Assembly: GCA_018653365.1 (NCBI GenBank)
Contig: JABIAG010000002.1
Location: forward strand, 32,001-96,000
Source of the DNA: Candidatus Woesearchaeota archaeon
GTDB lineage: Archaea; Nanobdellota; Nanobdellia; Woesearchaeales; JABIAG01
DNA length: 64,000 bases
Direction of reading: 5' to 3'
The notes beneath the pieces were generated by a model. The model was not told the origin of the DNA, did no database searches, and saw only the letters and a list, made by a program, of their open reading frames with translations. Below, in pieces: positions 49,409 through 60,142 of the stretch (its first letter is position 1; each line of letters starts with the position of its first letter). The position numbers and the translations under genes were made by a program.

Positions 49409-49726
49409 CTATTTACAGAAATATCTTATGCCTGCGTAAGTTAAAACCGCTGTCGTTCCTAAGAGGACAGTTATGCCTAATGTATGATCTGAAATAAAGT
49501 TCTGTACTGTTTCAACCAAAGTGGGTTCTTGAAAGGGTATGGTTGACGTTCTTCGAGTATTCAAGGTTGTTGTTGGTCTGTCCTCAGCTATATCCTTGCT
49601 GTTCTCTCTTTCGTCATCATCTTCAAATACTGGGTCACAGGGCGCACTTGGAACGTATCCTGTTGGGCCTCCTCCTCCTGGTGATGCGTAGGGTTCTCCT
49701 TTGTCTGTATATTTTAAGTGTGCCAT
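49409..49726 (-). CDS. Orphan tail-anchored membrane protein
   Basis: Low-complexity N-terminus, C-terminal TM. Confidence 0.5.
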   Translation of the reverse strand: MAHLKYTDKGEPYASPGGGGPTGYVPSAPCDPVFEDDDERENSKDIAEDRPTTTLNTRRTSTIPFQEPTLVETVQNFISDHTLGITVLLGTTAVLTYAGIRYFCK

Positions 49727-49909
49727 TTTGTTAAAGTTTGTTTTTATGATTATAAACCCTTGTTGCTGAACTCACTACAACACGTTTTTATAAAATGCCC
49801 CGTCCCTTCTAAATATAAGTATTTTTATAAGCATTTTAACTAATAAATAAACCAATCAAAACATTTATATACAACGTAGTATTTAAGTAATTAAAAAGGT
49901 AAGTATAAT

Positions 49910-50074
49910 ATGACGACAACAATTAAACGAAAACTATATCGGCGTGGTAGCTCATTTGAGACCACTATTCCCATGCCACTTCTATTTGCTCTAGATAAAA
50001 AAAAGAAACACGATGTAATCTTCACTTTTGATCCTAAGAATAATCGGTGGTACATAGACTTCAAGAAATCATAG
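49910..50074 (+). CDS. Small AbrB/MazE/SpoVT-like DNA-binding protein (54 aa, not in the ORF track)
   Basis: MTTTIKRKLYRRGSSFETTIPMPLLFAL...VIFTFD...WYIDF; TTTATATA promoter upstream. Confidence 0.7.
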   Translation: MTTTIKRKLYRRGSSFETTIPMPLLFALDKKKKHDVIFTFDPKNNRWYIDFKKS

Positions 50075-50077
50075 TTT

Positions 50078-50234
50078 TTGGCGAAACTCGGTGTTTGGAA
50101 GGGGGAAAGGTCTTCGGATCTTCCCTTCCAACTTTTAATCAAGATGTAGGCTCGACTGAAAGGAGACCTACTTCGCTTGGCATTGGCGAAAGAATGCGGG
50201 GGAAAGGTCTTCGGATCTTCCCTTCCAACTTTTA
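50078..50234 (+). ncRNA. Candidate structured RNA with two identical 37-nt repeats
   Basis: Repeats at 50101-50137 and 50198-50234; C(UUCG)G loops and two GAAA-capped stems; G.U pairs favour the + strand. Confidence 0.55.
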
Positions 50235-50287
50235 CATTCATAAAATTTATATATGAAAAAATAAAAAGTTTGGTGAGGTACATTAAA

Positions 50288-50986
50288 ATGGCATTAGGAA
50301 GATTTAAACCAATTATTTATGCAACAATAATTATTTCTGCAATGGGTGTTGCGGGATTAAGAGTTGCCGATTTTAAAGCGATTAAAAAAGCATATGGACG
50401 AACTAGTGAAATAGGTCAGGTTGCGGATGCATTCTTTAGATCTAAAGACCTAACTAAGGTAAACTTCAGCAGTTCTGTTAAACAAGCTGTTGAGAGTAGA
50501 AGTTTGGGTGTTAGATTGGTTAGAAAATTGGCTCTTGTTGATAGGGGTGTGAGAAAAGACTTACTGCATTATTCTAATAACATGTTTAAAGCGCAAGAAC
50601 AATTAATCAAAATTAAGATTAAATTAATGAATGGCCAACCAGTTACTACACAAGAATTGATTGATGCATTAAAACAGTATAGGAAGTATCGTACACGTGC
50701 AGATGATGATCTGGGCGATGCAGCAGATGGACTGCCAGGTAATGTATTGACAGCACCTTTAGCAAACACAATCCGTGATGCTGAAACTGCAGCCTTTCAC
50801 ACGATTCATGATGTGCGAACCGTTGCTGGACAAATGACGCAGATGAAGCCTGCAGCGTTAGAAGCACACATTGATAGCTTGTTATGTAATGAAGCAAGAT
50901 TTAGACCTGTTGAAACTTTGAAAAAAGGGGGCAGGGGACTATATGCTCTTACAATTGGTAATGTGGTTAAGTTAGTTACAAAATAA
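50288..50986 (+). CDS. Orphan helical protein with an N-terminal signal anchor
   Basis: GGTGAGGT SD before ATG 50288; hydrophobic IIYATIIISAMGVAGL. Confidence 0.6.
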   Translation: MALGRFKPIIYATIIISAMGVAGLRVADFKAIKKAYGRTSEIGQVADAFFRSKDLTKVNFSSSVKQAVESRSLGVRLVRKLALVDRGVRKDLLHYSNNMFKAQEQLIKIKIKLMNGQPVTTQELIDALKQYRKYRTRADDDLGDAADGLPGNVLTAPLANTIRDAETAAFHTIHDVRTVAGQMTQMKPAALEAHIDSLLCNEARFRPVETLKKGGRGLYALTIGNVVKLVTK

Positions 50987-51028
50987 TTTTTTTTATTTTT
51001 TTTAAATATTTTTTAGGATGGTGAAGAA

Positions 51029-51223
51029 ATGGACAGTAAACTTAAAGGAGTTTGGATAAATGCAGTTTGTAAAAAGTGCGGTAATAATGAACAAAAGAAG
51101 TATTATGTTAAGACTCTAAGTTGTTTTAATAAATTCTTTGATGTTAGTTGTTCTTGTGGCAACTCTGAAACCGAACACTTTGGTATTCAGGATATTGCTT
51201 TCTCTGAGGGTAAACGTCTTTAA
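51029..51223 (+). CDS. Small Zn-ribbon protein
   Basis: CKKCGN...CSCGN; GGTGA SD. Confidence 0.6.
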   Translation: MDSKLKGVWINAVCKKCGNNEQKKYYVKTLSCFNKFFDVSCSCGNSETEHFGIQDIAFSEGKRL

Positions 51224-51276
51224 ACTATATTCTATTAAAAACAAAAGTTTTTAAACGAGCAGTTCAACCCAATTTC

Positions 51277-52029
51277 ATGAGAAAAATTTGTATTATTAAC
51301 CAAAAAGGCGGTGTTGGTAAGACTACCACTACCATAAATCTTGGTGCGGGCCTTTCCCGAAAAAATAAAAAGGTATTAATTATTGATTTGGATGCGCAAG
51401 GAAATATTGATTCTTCTTTGAATTTAGAAAGTTACAAAGATGTTTATGATTTTCTATTTGAGAATGCAGAACTTAATGAGTGTATTGCTCACGTGGGAAA
51501 GAATTTAGATATTATGAGAAGTAAGGAAACTCTTACTAAATCTGAAATCTTTCTTGCAGCAGAAGAAGAGGAACGTGAATTTCTTTTAAAGCGTAAGTTG
51601 GAAGAGTTAGATTCTTATGATTATGTTTTGGTTGATTGTCCACCCTCATTAGGATTGTTAAATCAGAATGCTATGTTATTTGCTGATGAAGCAATCATTC
51701 CGGTTTCTACAGATTTTCTTGGTATGGATGCATTGAGAAAGATGGCTATTGCTATAAAAGATTTGAATCAACATTTCGACCATACGCTCAAAATTTCAAA
51801 GGTGGTTCCAACAATGTTTGATAAACGAACTAAACTTTCTCACAAGATCATGTCTGAGATTCAAAATGAGTTTTATAATATTGTGACTGATCCAATTAGG
51901 GTTGATTCCAAATTAAAAGAGTGTCCTTTAGAAAAAAAATCTATTTTTGCACATGCAAAGAGTTCTAAGGCAGCAAAGGATTATATGAAGTTAGTTACCT
52001 CTCTTTTAAGAGATGAAAAGAAGAAGTAA
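51277..52029 (+). CDS. ParA/Soj-family ATPase
   Basis: NQKGGVGKTT, IDLDAQGN, DCPPSLG. Confidence 0.9.
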   Translation: MRKICIINQKGGVGKTTTTINLGAGLSRKNKKVLIIDLDAQGNIDSSLNLESYKDVYDFLFENAELNECIAHVGKNLDIMRSKETLTKSEIFLAAEEEEREFLLKRKLEELDSYDYVLVDCPPSLGLLNQNAMLFADEAIIPVSTDFLGMDALRKMAIAIKDLNQHFDHTLKISKVVPTMFDKRTKLSHKIMSEIQNEFYNIVTDPIRVDSKLKECPLEKKSIFAHAKSSKAAKDYMKLVTSLLRDEKKK

Positions 52030-52629
52030 TTAGTTGCCCCATTCTGTTAGTAAATTTGGATGATTTTTTTGCATATATTCTCTTCCTGTTTGTAAACAAG
52101 TTCTATAACGAAACTTTTTTTCTTTCCATAATGTTGTTTGCACCCTATCAACATCCTCAAAGTCAACATACATTCTTCCCTCTCTAACTAATCTGTTCTC
52201 ATAATCTGATTTTGCTGATGCCTCAATTAGGTCAAACACCAGTTCCGAAAGTTGGAGTCCTTCTTGTGTAACAGGAAGCAATTCAGCAACATATCCTGCA
52301 AACGGGTTCACATATTGGAAGGTGAGTTCGCGACAGTGCATTATTTGCTCTCTTAGTGTTTCAACCTCCTCTTCCTCAACCCCTCCTGTTTTCTGTCGCA
52401 TTTCTGCTCGATATGCTAATAATTCTTTTGACACGTTAGTTTCAAATACTCTCCCTGAACCATAACTAATGTCTGGAAGTAATCGTTGGAACACTTTTGT
52501 AAATCCTATTCTGTCATTAACACTAAAGCCCCTTCTTCCAATAACGTGAAGTGTTGTCAATATAACTAAATCAGATTCTTTCCAAATCCCTGATTCTTCA
52601 TAATAACTAATTACTTCGTCAAAATCCAT
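52030..52629 (-). CDS. Orphan hypothetical protein
   Basis: 199-aa ORF. Confidence 0.5.
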   Translation of the reverse strand: MDFDEVISYYEESGIWKESDLVILTTLHVIGRRGFSVNDRIGFTKVFQRLLPDISYGSGRVFETNVSKELLAYRAEMRQKTGGVEEEEVETLREQIMHCRELTFQYVNPFAGYVAELLPVTQEGLQLSELVFDLIEASAKSDYENRLVREGRMYVDFEDVDRVQTTLWKEKKFRYRTCLQTGREYMQKNHPNLLTEWGN

Positions 52630-52674
52630 ATCTAATTTAAGGTAGCATTTTTAATAAGTTTTAAGAAGTAAAGT

Positions 52675-52760
52675 TTGAACAATTTTCAATTAATAAACGA
52701 CTATTTCCATCTTTCATGAATAAGTTTCAATAATTTGTTTATTTTTTGAAACTTTTTCGG
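52675..52760. promoter_or_regulatory. Three TTGAA-N5-TTCAA-like sites (putative Lrp/AsnC operators)
   Basis: 52675-52689, 52716-52730, 52746-52760; same motif at 61143-61157. Confidence 0.5.
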
Positions 52761-52812
52761 GTTTTCTAAATTCAACCTAACCTTTATATACTCTAATCTA
52801 TCTATTTAATTT

Positions 52813-54498
52813 ATGGAAAAAATTGTAAAAGAAATCATTCGAGAAATTAAGAAAAACAAAATCACAACCCAAATTCAGTTGAGTAAGTTGAAATTAAAGA
52901 TTGCTCGAAAGTATCATTTGAAGAAGGTTCCAAATAATGTTGAGCTCTCTAATCATGCTTCTGATTCAGATAGAGAAAAATTAAAACATCTATTAACAAT
53001 AAAGCCTATTCGAACTCTTGCAGGAGTTGCGCCTGTTGCTTTAATGACTCCACCTCATGAATGTCCTCATGGTAAGTGTGATTACTGTCCGGGTGGGCCT
53101 AATTCGGAGTTTGGTTCTGTTCCACAATCTTATACTGGAAAGGAGCCTGCTACTAGGCGAGCAATAAGAAACAAATATGATCCTTACTTGCAGGTGTTTA
53201 ATCGTTTAGAGCAATATGTTGTAATGAATAAAGTTCCGGATAAGGCTGAAGTTATTGTTATGGGAGGTACTTTCCCCTCTTTGCCAGTTCGAACCCAGGA
53301 TCATTTTATTAAGTTTATTTTCAAAGCCCTAAATGACTTTTCAAAAATCTTTTATAAGAATAAAAAACTTAACATAAAAAAGTTTAATACTTTTTTTGAG
53401 ATTAAAAAAGACATAAATGACCTTGCTAGGATTGATAGAATTCAGGCAAGAATATTAAAAGAAAAAAAGAAAAACAAAGTAACGCTTAAAGGAGAGCAAC
53501 TAAAGAATGAGTCTTCTAAAATAAGGTGTGTCGCGTTAACAATTGAAACGCGTCCAGATTATTGTAATCAACAACATGTTAATCAACTTCTTAAGTTGGG
53601 TTGTACTAAGGTTGAATTGGGAGTTCAAACTACTAAAAATTCTGTTCTTAAGTCAATTAAACGAGGCCATACTGTTGAGGATGCGATTACCGCAACTAAA
53701 CTTCTTAAGGATGCTTGTTTTAAAGTTACATATCATATCATGCCCGGTCTTCCAGGTGTAAATGCTAAACAAGATTTAAACAATTTCAAGGAACTGTTTT
53801 TAAACCCGGATTTTAAACCAGACATGCTAAAGATCTATCCTTGTATGGTTTTGAAAGGCACTAATTTGTTTAAGTTATACAAGCAGCATAAGTTCAAGCC
53901 ATTAACTACAAAAAAAGCAACTAGTTTAATTTCAGAAATGAAGTCATTCATTCCCCGGTATGTTCGTGTTATGCGTGTTCAAAGAGATATTCCTTCTTAC
54001 ATGGTTGAGGCAGGTGTTGATAGAACTAATTTAAGACAGTATATTGATACTTTTATGAAGAAAAAGAATTGGAGTTGTAATTGTATTAGATGTAATGAAA
54101 TTGGTAGAAAACCTGCAAAGGGCAAGGTAAGTTTTGATTATATTACGTATTCTGCTTCTGACGGAATTGAATTTTTTATCTATGCAGAAATTAAGGATTC
54201 TTTAGTTGGTTTTGCGCGCCTTAGGTTTCCTTCTGATTCTTTTAGAAAAGAAATAACGCAGAATGCTGCACTTTTAAGAGAGTTACATGTTTATGGTATG
54301 CCTGTTCCAATTGGAGAAAAGTCTAGTGAAACTCAACACAAGGGTGTTGGTAAAAATCTTTTGCACATTGCAGAAAAAATTGCAAAAACTTATTATAAAG
54401 ATAAAATGGTGGTTATTTCAGGTATTGGTGTTAGACCTTATTATAAAAACAAGTTGGGTTATAAACAACAAGGCCCATATGTGGTGAAACAATTATGA
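52813..54498 (+). CDS. elp3: Elp3 tRNA uridine(34) modification enzyme (radical SAM + KAT)
   Basis: CPHGKCDYCPGG, QSYTGKEP, IETRPD, LRELHVYG, QHKGVG. Confidence 0.95.
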   Translation: MEKIVKEIIREIKKNKITTQIQLSKLKLKIARKYHLKKVPNNVELSNHASDSDREKLKHLLTIKPIRTLAGVAPVALMTPPHECPHGKCDYCPGGPNSEFGSVPQSYTGKEPATRRAIRNKYDPYLQVFNRLEQYVVMNKVPDKAEVIVMGGTFPSLPVRTQDHFIKFIFKALNDFSKIFYKNKKLNIKKFNTFFEIKKDINDLARIDRIQARILKEKKKNKVTLKGEQLKNESSKIRCVALTIETRPDYCNQQHVNQLLKLGCTKVELGVQTTKNSVLKSIKRGHTVEDAITATKLLKDACFKVTYHIMPGLPGVNAKQDLNNFKELFLNPDFKPDMLKIYPCMVLKGTNLFKLYKQHKFKPLTTKKATSLISEMKSFIPRYVRVMRVQRDIPSYMVEAGVDRTNLRQYIDTFMKKKNWSCNCIRCNEIGRKPAKGKVSFDYITYSASDGIEFFIYAEIKDSLVGFARLRFPSDSFRKEITQNAALLRELHVYGMPVPIGEKSSETQHKGVGKNLLHIAEKIAKTYYKDKMVVISGIGVRPYYKNKLGYKQQGPYVVKQL

Positions 54499-55463
54499 AG
54501 CATAAACTTGTACCTTTCAAAAACAAGGATGATATAGAGTTCAAACCTGCTTTTATTGAACATTACTCAAAACTTACTGATTGGAATACGTTTAGCACTT
54601 ACTGTCTTTCTTTTCTAAGAAGATCACTTAGGGTTAACACTCTTAAGATCACTATTCCAAAATTAAAAAAGCGGTTAGAAGCGCAGGGTTGGATTCTTGA
54701 ACCCGTGCCCTGGTGTAAAGAGGGCTTTTTCCTTACGCATGAAACTGGTAGAAGGGATGCAGGGAATACTCTGGAACACCAACTTGGTTATTTTTATATT
54801 CAGGAAGCAGCTTCCATGATCCCGCCTTTAGCACTTGATCCAAAACCTGGAGATTTGGTATTGGATGTTGCAGCCTCTCCCGGTTCTAAAACAACTCAGA
54901 TGGCTCAGATGATGAAAAATAAGGGAACAATAATTGCTAATGATGTTGTTGGTATTAGGATGATGCCGTTATGTGTTAATTTAACAAGATTGGGGGTTAC
55001 TAATACTGTAACAACTCTTATGAATGGACAACAATTTACTAAATTCACAAATTATTTTGATAAAGTTCTTGTTGACGCTCCCTGTTCAGGTACAGGAACT
55101 ATAAGAAAATCTGTAAAAACTATTCGTATGTGGAATCCTAAAGTTCTTAAGTCAATTTCAAATGTTCAGAAACAATTATTACAAGCAGCATTTAATGCTA
55201 CAAAACCCGGCGGAACTGTTGTTTACTCTACTTGTTCTTTAGAACCTGAAGAAAATGAGGGTGTTGTTTCCGAGTTTCTTAATAATAACAAGAATGCTAA
55301 GTTGGAAAAGATCGCTCTTCCTGGTTTGATTTCTTCCAAACCAGTTACAGAATTTAATAATATTAAGTATAATCCAGAGGTTAAGAAAACCTCCCGGTTA
55401 TGGCCTCAAGATAATGATACTGAAGGATTCTTTATAACAAAAATTATAAAGGATAAAGAGTAG
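54495..55463 (+). CDS. RsmB/NOP2/NSUN-family RNA m5C methyltransferase
   Basis: QEAASM, DVAASPGSKTTQ, DAPCSGTG, YSTCS..PEENE. Confidence 0.92.
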   Translation: MKHKLVPFKNKDDIEFKPAFIEHYSKLTDWNTFSTYCLSFLRRSLRVNTLKITIPKLKKRLEAQGWILEPVPWCKEGFFLTHETGRRDAGNTLEHQLGYFYIQEAASMIPPLALDPKPGDLVLDVAASPGSKTTQMAQMMKNKGTIIANDVVGIRMMPLCVNLTRLGVTNTVTTLMNGQQFTKFTNYFDKVLVDAPCSGTGTIRKSVKTIRMWNPKVLKSISNVQKQLLQAAFNATKPGGTVVYSTCSLEPEENEGVVSEFLNNNKNAKLEKIALPGLISSKPVTEFNNIKYNPEVKKTSRLWPQDNDTEGFFITKIIKDKE

Positions 55464-55472
55464 AATAAAAAA

Positions 55473-55811
55473 ATGAACGAAGAAAGATGTCTGCTAAACA
55501 CTGATAAAGGGGATATGACTCTTATTATGAGACAGAAGCACTGGGGAAGTCGTAAGGTTTGGTCTTTGGTTATTGATAAAACAGAAGTTTTGGTAGATGC
55601 GGTTTTCACACCTAGAAGAATGATTTTTGCATCTAGTATAAAACGCGCTTCTCAGTTTAAAGCTAATGATGTTTTTTATGGTAAAGGTCCAGATAAATTC
55701 AAAAAAGAGTATAATAAAGCAAACTCGGTTGCTCTAAAATCAATATTTCTTAGACCCATTTCAAAAGTAGCTGTTAAATCAGTAAGTAGTGCGGTTAAAT
55801 CTAAAGTCTAA
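55473..55811 (+). CDS. Hypothetical basic protein
   Basis: 112-aa ORF. Confidence 0.5.
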   Translation: MNEERCLLNTDKGDMTLIMRQKHWGSRKVWSLVIDKTEVLVDAVFTPRRMIFASSIKRASQFKANDVFYGKGPDKFKKEYNKANSVALKSIFLRPISKVAVKSVSSAVKSKV

Positions 55812-56413
55812 CGCCCATAATGTCTATCAAAATCTGATTGTGAGGGTACTCTTGAGACCATTCTTCGCACTCCTCCTTTTTTCTTTATGAGATAATACCC
55901 AAATGCTAGTCCTACTGCTAGTCCAACTAGGTGTGCATAGTGTGCTATTCCTGTGTTAACTGGGACTAATAATCCGAATACTTCTATTGCTGCAAATATT
56001 ATTCCCGCAGTTCTCATTGACATTGGGATGGCAAAGAAGAATAATATTCGCAAATCAGGGAATAACATTATTACTATTCCAAGGATTCCCATTATTGCTC
56101 CGCTAGCTCCAAGTGCTGCAGAGTATTGGGGCAGTAGTGCAGCTAATATTCCTGCAAGGAAATAAACTGCTAAGAACTTTTTAGTTCCAATGCTTCGTTC
56201 AACTAATGTTCCAAATAAGTATAATGCGTACATGTTAAAAAATAAGTGTGCAAGTCCACCATGTAAAAACATGGATGTTATGATTATCCAAGGTCTTGTC
56301 CAGATATCTGCAGAAACTAACATAAAACTTTCAGTAAATCCTCTGAATGATATTTGCACAATAAATAGAATTACGTTAATTAGTACTAATGTTGTTACTG
56401 CGTTTCTTCTCAT
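55808..56413 (-). CDS. Rhomboid intramembrane serine protease
   Basis: HLFFNM, GASG, AHLVG. Confidence 0.92.
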   Translation of the reverse strand: MRRNAVTTLVLINVILFIVQISFRGFTESFMLVSADIWTRPWIIITSMFLHGGLAHLFFNMYALYLFGTLVERSIGTKKFLAVYFLAGILAALLPQYSAALGASGAIMGILGIVIMLFPDLRILFFFAIPMSMRTAGIIFAAIEVFGLLVPVNTGIAHYAHLVGLAVGLAFGYYLIKKKGGVRRMVSRVPSQSDFDRHYGR

Positions 56414-56500
56414 CTTTCGAACTTATCTTTATTTGTTTATAAACCTTATTTTTTTATTGGCCAAACTTTTATAAATTAGAGGTTAACTCTGTTTACTGGA

Positions 56501-56926
56501 ATGAACGACTTAGATGATGAATTACCTGGACGACCTGTTTTTTCGCAGTATAACATTCTTACGCCAGTTCATGTTTTTGAGGGCAGAGTACAAAAGCCAG
56601 ATTATGGTTTTCATCTTTCTATTTATTATGCTACTTGTTATTGTACTTTTGCTAATGTTATCCCTTTGATGGTCTGTCTCGATGAGGTTGCAGGCCAAAC
56701 AAAGTTTCTTGATTGGTACTCTTTTTGTGATAATGGCGAACTAATTGCTCATAGGGGGGGCGAGGCAGAGGTTAATAAACAAGTTATGTTAGGGAACGCT
56801 GACACTGATCTTTCTTCTTTAGTGGCGCGTTTAAAAACAGTGCAAGAGTTGTTAGAACTAGGGGGAGTAAATTCTTATTTGAGAACGCATGAAGCAATTA
56901 AACGAATCAGAACCGGGTCTTTCTAA
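56501..56926 (+). CDS. Orphan hypothetical protein
   Basis: 141-aa ORF with its own TATA box. Confidence 0.5.
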   Translation: MNDLDDELPGRPVFSQYNILTPVHVFEGRVQKPDYGFHLSIYYATCYCTFANVIPLMVCLDEVAGQTKFLDWYSFCDNGELIAHRGGEAEVNKQVMLGNADTDLSSLVARLKTVQELLELGGVNSYLRTHEAIKRIRTGSF

Positions 56927-56975
56927 ATGCATAACCTTTAAATAAACACAGGGAATTTTTGGTAATGGTGATAAC

Positions 56976-57419
56976 ATGTCAGTTAAAGAAGGAGATGTAG
57001 TAAAAGTTCATTATACAGGAAAAACAGAGGGAGAAGTATTTGATTCTTCAGAAGGTAAAGAGCCGTTAATATTTAAAGTTGGAGATCATAAGGTTATTAA
57101 GGGTTTTGAAGATGCAGTTATGGGAATGAAAGCTGGTGATAAAAAAACAGTTACTCTTCCTTCTGATGAAGCTTATGGAAATAGAGATGAAAAACTAGTT
57201 TCTGAAGTTCCTAAAGACCAATTGGGAAAACTTCCAGACAATGTTACTTTAGAAAAAGGGATGTCATTTCAACTTAAAGATCAAACAGGTAATGGTTGTA
57301 TTGCAACTATTTCTGAAGTTAAAGAAACTTCTGTAATGCTTGATTTAAATCATCCGCTTGCAGGTAAAGAACTAACTTTTGATGTGGAACTTGTTGAAAT
57401 TATGAAACCTAAAGAATAA
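56976..57419 (+). CDS. FKBP-type PPIase (SlyD-like, short)
   Basis: VKVHYTG, VFDSS, EAYG, LDLNHPLAGKELTF. Confidence 0.92.
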   Translation: MSVKEGDVVKVHYTGKTEGEVFDSSEGKEPLIFKVGDHKVIKGFEDAVMGMKAGDKKTVTLPSDEAYGNRDEKLVSEVPKDQLGKLPDNVTLEKGMSFQLKDQTGNGCIATISEVKETSVMLDLNHPLAGKELTFDVELVEIMKPKE

Positions 57420-57430
57420 TTTTTATTTTT

Positions 57431-57468
57431 CGACTTTAGTCGTGCCAGAAATCTTGTATTTCTGAGCA
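57431..57468. repeat. Double-hairpin intergenic repeat (CGACT-TT-AGTCG + CAGAAAT-n5-ATTTCTG-AGCAT)
   Basis: Related copy at 60143-60180; the two flank ppdK. Confidence 0.75.
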
Positions 57469-57551
57469 TTTCTTAATTTTTTTCTAACAATAAACTTTAA
57501 AAAACCCCACTTTCATGTTAAGTTCATAACTGATGGTTGTGGAGGGATAAA

Positions 57552-60140
57552 ATGGAAAAATTTGTTTACGCTTTTGAAGAAGGAAATAAAGATATGGTGG
57601 AAGTTCTTGGTGGTAAGGGTGCTAATCTTGCAGAAATGACTGTTTTAGGTGTGCCGGTTCCGCCTGGGTTTACGATTACTACTGCTGCTTGTGATGTTTT
57701 TTACAAGGATGGTAAAAAGTTAAATGATTCTATTTTGGCCGAAATTGATGAACGCTTAGTGAAGTTAGAGTCTGTTATGGGTCAAAAGTTAGGTGATGAT
57801 TCTGATCCGCTTTTGGTTTCTGTGAGATCTGGTGCGGCCGCATCTATGCCAGGTATGATGGATACTGTTTTGAATTTGGGTCTTAATGATATTTCCGTAG
57901 AGGGATTGGCTAAAAAAACAGGTAATGAAAGATTTGCTTGGGATTCTTATCGAAGATTTATTCAAATGTTTGGTGATGTTGTTATGGGTGTTCCTCATCA
58001 TGATTTCGAAGAGGCACTAGAATCTGTTAAGAACACAAAAGGTGTTGAGTTTGATACTGATCTTGATGTGAATGATTTGAAGGAAGTAGTTTCTAAGTAT
58101 AAAGATGCGATTCAGTCTGCTAAGGGAACCTCTTTTCCGCAAAATCCAAAAGAACAATTAATCATGTCTGTTGAGGCAGTGTTTGGTAGTTGGAATAATG
58201 ATCGTGCAATAATTTATAGGCGAATAAATAATATTTCTAGTTTGGTTGGTACTGCAGTTAATATTCAAACAATGGTTTTTGGTAATATGGGCGAAACTTC
58301 AGGAACGGGTGTTTGTTTTTCCAGAAATCCATCTACTGGTGAGAATAAGTTTTATGGTGAGTACTTAATGAATGCTCAGGGTGAAGATGTTGTTGCGGGT
58401 ATTAGAACTCCTAAGTCTATTGAGACTTTAGAAGAACAGAATGCTGAAGTTTACAAACAAATTGTTGAAATTAAAGATAACTTAGAAAAACATTACAAAG
58501 ATATGCAGGACATGGAATTCACAATTCAAGAAGGTAAACTGTATTTCTTACAAACTCGGGCAGGTAAACGAACAGGCCCGGCAGCGGTTAAGATGGCTGT
58601 TGATATGGTTGATGAAACCCTTATCTCAAAAGAAGAAGCAGTTTTAAGAGTGGATCCTGAAGCTCTGAATCAACTTCTTCATAAACAGTTAGACCCTGTT
58701 GCTAAGACTGAGCATGATGCTTTAACTAAAGGTCTTCCTGCCTCTCCCGGTGCAGCAGTTGGTGAAATTGTTTTTAATGCAATTGAGGCTAGAGACCAAG
58801 TTCAAGAAGGTAAAACCGTTATTCTAGTTCGTACTGAAACCTCTCCAGAGGATATTGAGGGAATGAATGCCGCAGTAGGTATTTTGACTAGTCGAGGGGG
58901 TATGACCTCTCATGCAGCTGTTGTTGCTCGTGGTATGGGTAAGTGTTGTGTTGCTGGATGTGGTGATGCTAAAATTAATGAGAAAGAAAAGTCTTTAGTT
59001 ATTGGGGATAATTCTTTTACAGAGGGTGATTTTATAACTCTTGATGGAGCAACAGGTGAAGTTTTTGAGGGTAAAATTCCTGTTGTTGAACCTACATTAT
59101 CTGGTGATTTTGGTAGGTTGATGGAGTGGGCTGATGAGTTTAGAACAATGAAGATACGAACTAATGCTGACACCCCGCATGATGCAGAAACTGCAATTAA
59201 ATTTGGTGCTGAAGGTATTGGTCTTTGTAGAACAGAACACATGTTTTTTGAAGGTGAAAGAATTAAAGCAATTAGAGAGATGATTTTGTCTAAGAATGTT
59301 GAAGAAAGAAAACTTGCTCTAAACAAATTATTGCCTTTTCAAAAAGCTGATTTTGTTGGCTTGTTCAACGTAATGAAAGGGAAACCGGTAACCATAAGGT
59401 TGTTAGATCCTCCTTTACATGAATTTTTACCTAAAGAAGAAGAGGAGATAAAGGAAATTTCCACCACCTTAAATGTTTCAGTTGAAGAGTTAAATAAAAA
59501 GATTGAAGATTTACATGAGGTAAATCCTATGCTTGGTCATCGAGGGTGTAGGCTGGGCTTAACCTATCCTGAAATTACTGAGATGCAATCTCGGGCCATC
59601 TTTGAAGCAGCTAAAGAAACTGGAGCAGTTCCAGAAATAATGGTTCCTTTAGTGGGCGATGTTGAGGAGTTCAAAAACCAAAAGGCGATTATTGTGGGTG
59701 TTGCTAAAGAGTTGGGTGTTGAGGCATATAAAATTGGAACCATGATTGAAGTTCCACGTGGCGCTTTGACTGCTGACACAATTGCTAAAGAAGCAGAATT
59801 CTTTAGTTTTGGTACTAATGATCTTACCCAAATGACTCTTGGATTTAGTCGGGATGATGTTGGTAAATTCATTCCTGAATATGTTGAGAAGGGAGTTTAT
59901 GAACGAGATCCTTTTCAGGCTTTAGATCAGGAAGGTGTTGGTCAGCTTATTTTTATTGCGGTAGAAAAAGGCAGACAGACTCGGCCTGATATTAAGTTGG
60001 GTATTTGTGGTGAGCATGGTGGTGAACCCTCCTCTGTTGAGTTTTGTAATAAGGTTGGTTTGAATTATGTGAGTTGTTCTCCATTTAGAGTTCCGATTGC
60101 AAAACTTGCTGCGGCACAGGCAGCTCTTAAACAGAAATAA
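57552..60140 (+). CDS. ppdK: Pyruvate, phosphate dikinase
   Basis: [56 protein letters not shown]. Confidence 0.97.
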   Translation: MEKFVYAFEEGNKDMVEVLGGKGANLAEMTVLGVPVPPGFTITTAACDVFYKDGKKLNDSILAEIDERLVKLESVMGQKLGDDSDPLLVSVRSGAAASMPGMMDTVLNLGLNDISVEGLAKKTGNERFAWDSYRRFIQMFGDVVMGVPHHDFEEALESVKNTKGVEFDTDLDVNDLKEVVSKYKDAIQSAKGTSFPQNPKEQLIMSVEAVFGSWNNDRAIIYRRINNISSLVGTAVNIQTMVFGNMGETSGTGVCFSRNPSTGENKFYGEYLMNAQGEDVVAGIRTPKSIETLEEQNAEVYKQIVEIKDNLEKHYKDMQDMEFTIQEGKLYFLQTRAGKRTGPAAVKMAVDMVDETLISKEEAVLRVDPEALNQLLHKQLDPVAKTEHDALTKGLPASPGAAVGEIVFNAIEARDQVQEGKTVILVRTETSPEDIEGMNAAVGILTSRGGMTSHAAVVARGMGKCCVAGCGDAKINEKEKSLVIGDNSFTEGDFITLDGATGEVFEGKIPVVEPTLSGDFGRLMEWADEFRTMKIRTNADTPHDAETAIKFGAEGIGLCRTEHMFFEGERIKAIREMILSKNVEERKLALNKLLPFQKADFVGLFNVMKGKPVTIRLLDPPLHEFLPKEEEEIKEISTTLNVSVEELNKKIEDLHEVNPMLGHRGCRLGLTYPEITEMQSRAIFEAAKETGAVPEIMVPLVGDVEEFKNQKAIIVGVAKELGVEAYKIGTMIEVPRGALTADTIAKEAEFFSFGTNDLTQMTLGFSRDDVGKFIPEYVEKGVYERDPFQALDQEGVGQLIFIAVEKGRQTRPDIKLGICGEHGGEPSSVEFCNKVGLNYVSCSPFRVPIAKLAAAQAALKQK

Positions 60141-60142
60141 TT

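Noticed and set aside
50140-50197. Hammerhead ribozyme, SRP RNA or RNase P RNA
   Set aside because: CTGAAAG does not fit CUGANGA, and no SRP helix-8 or RNase P P4 signature is present.
50101-50234. CRISPR array
   Set aside because: Only two repeats, a 60-nt structured spacer and no cas genes in the window; kept as a candidate ncRNA.
49891-50283. ORFs 49891-50283(-), 50047-50256(+) and the 50177 extension
   Set aside because: They overlap the AbrB-like gene and RNA repeats; the downstream gene has a better SD/ATG at 50288.
51277-52029. Plasmid or provirus partition module
   Set aside because: No ParB, Rep or viral genes nearby; solitary ParA is common on archaeal chromosomes.
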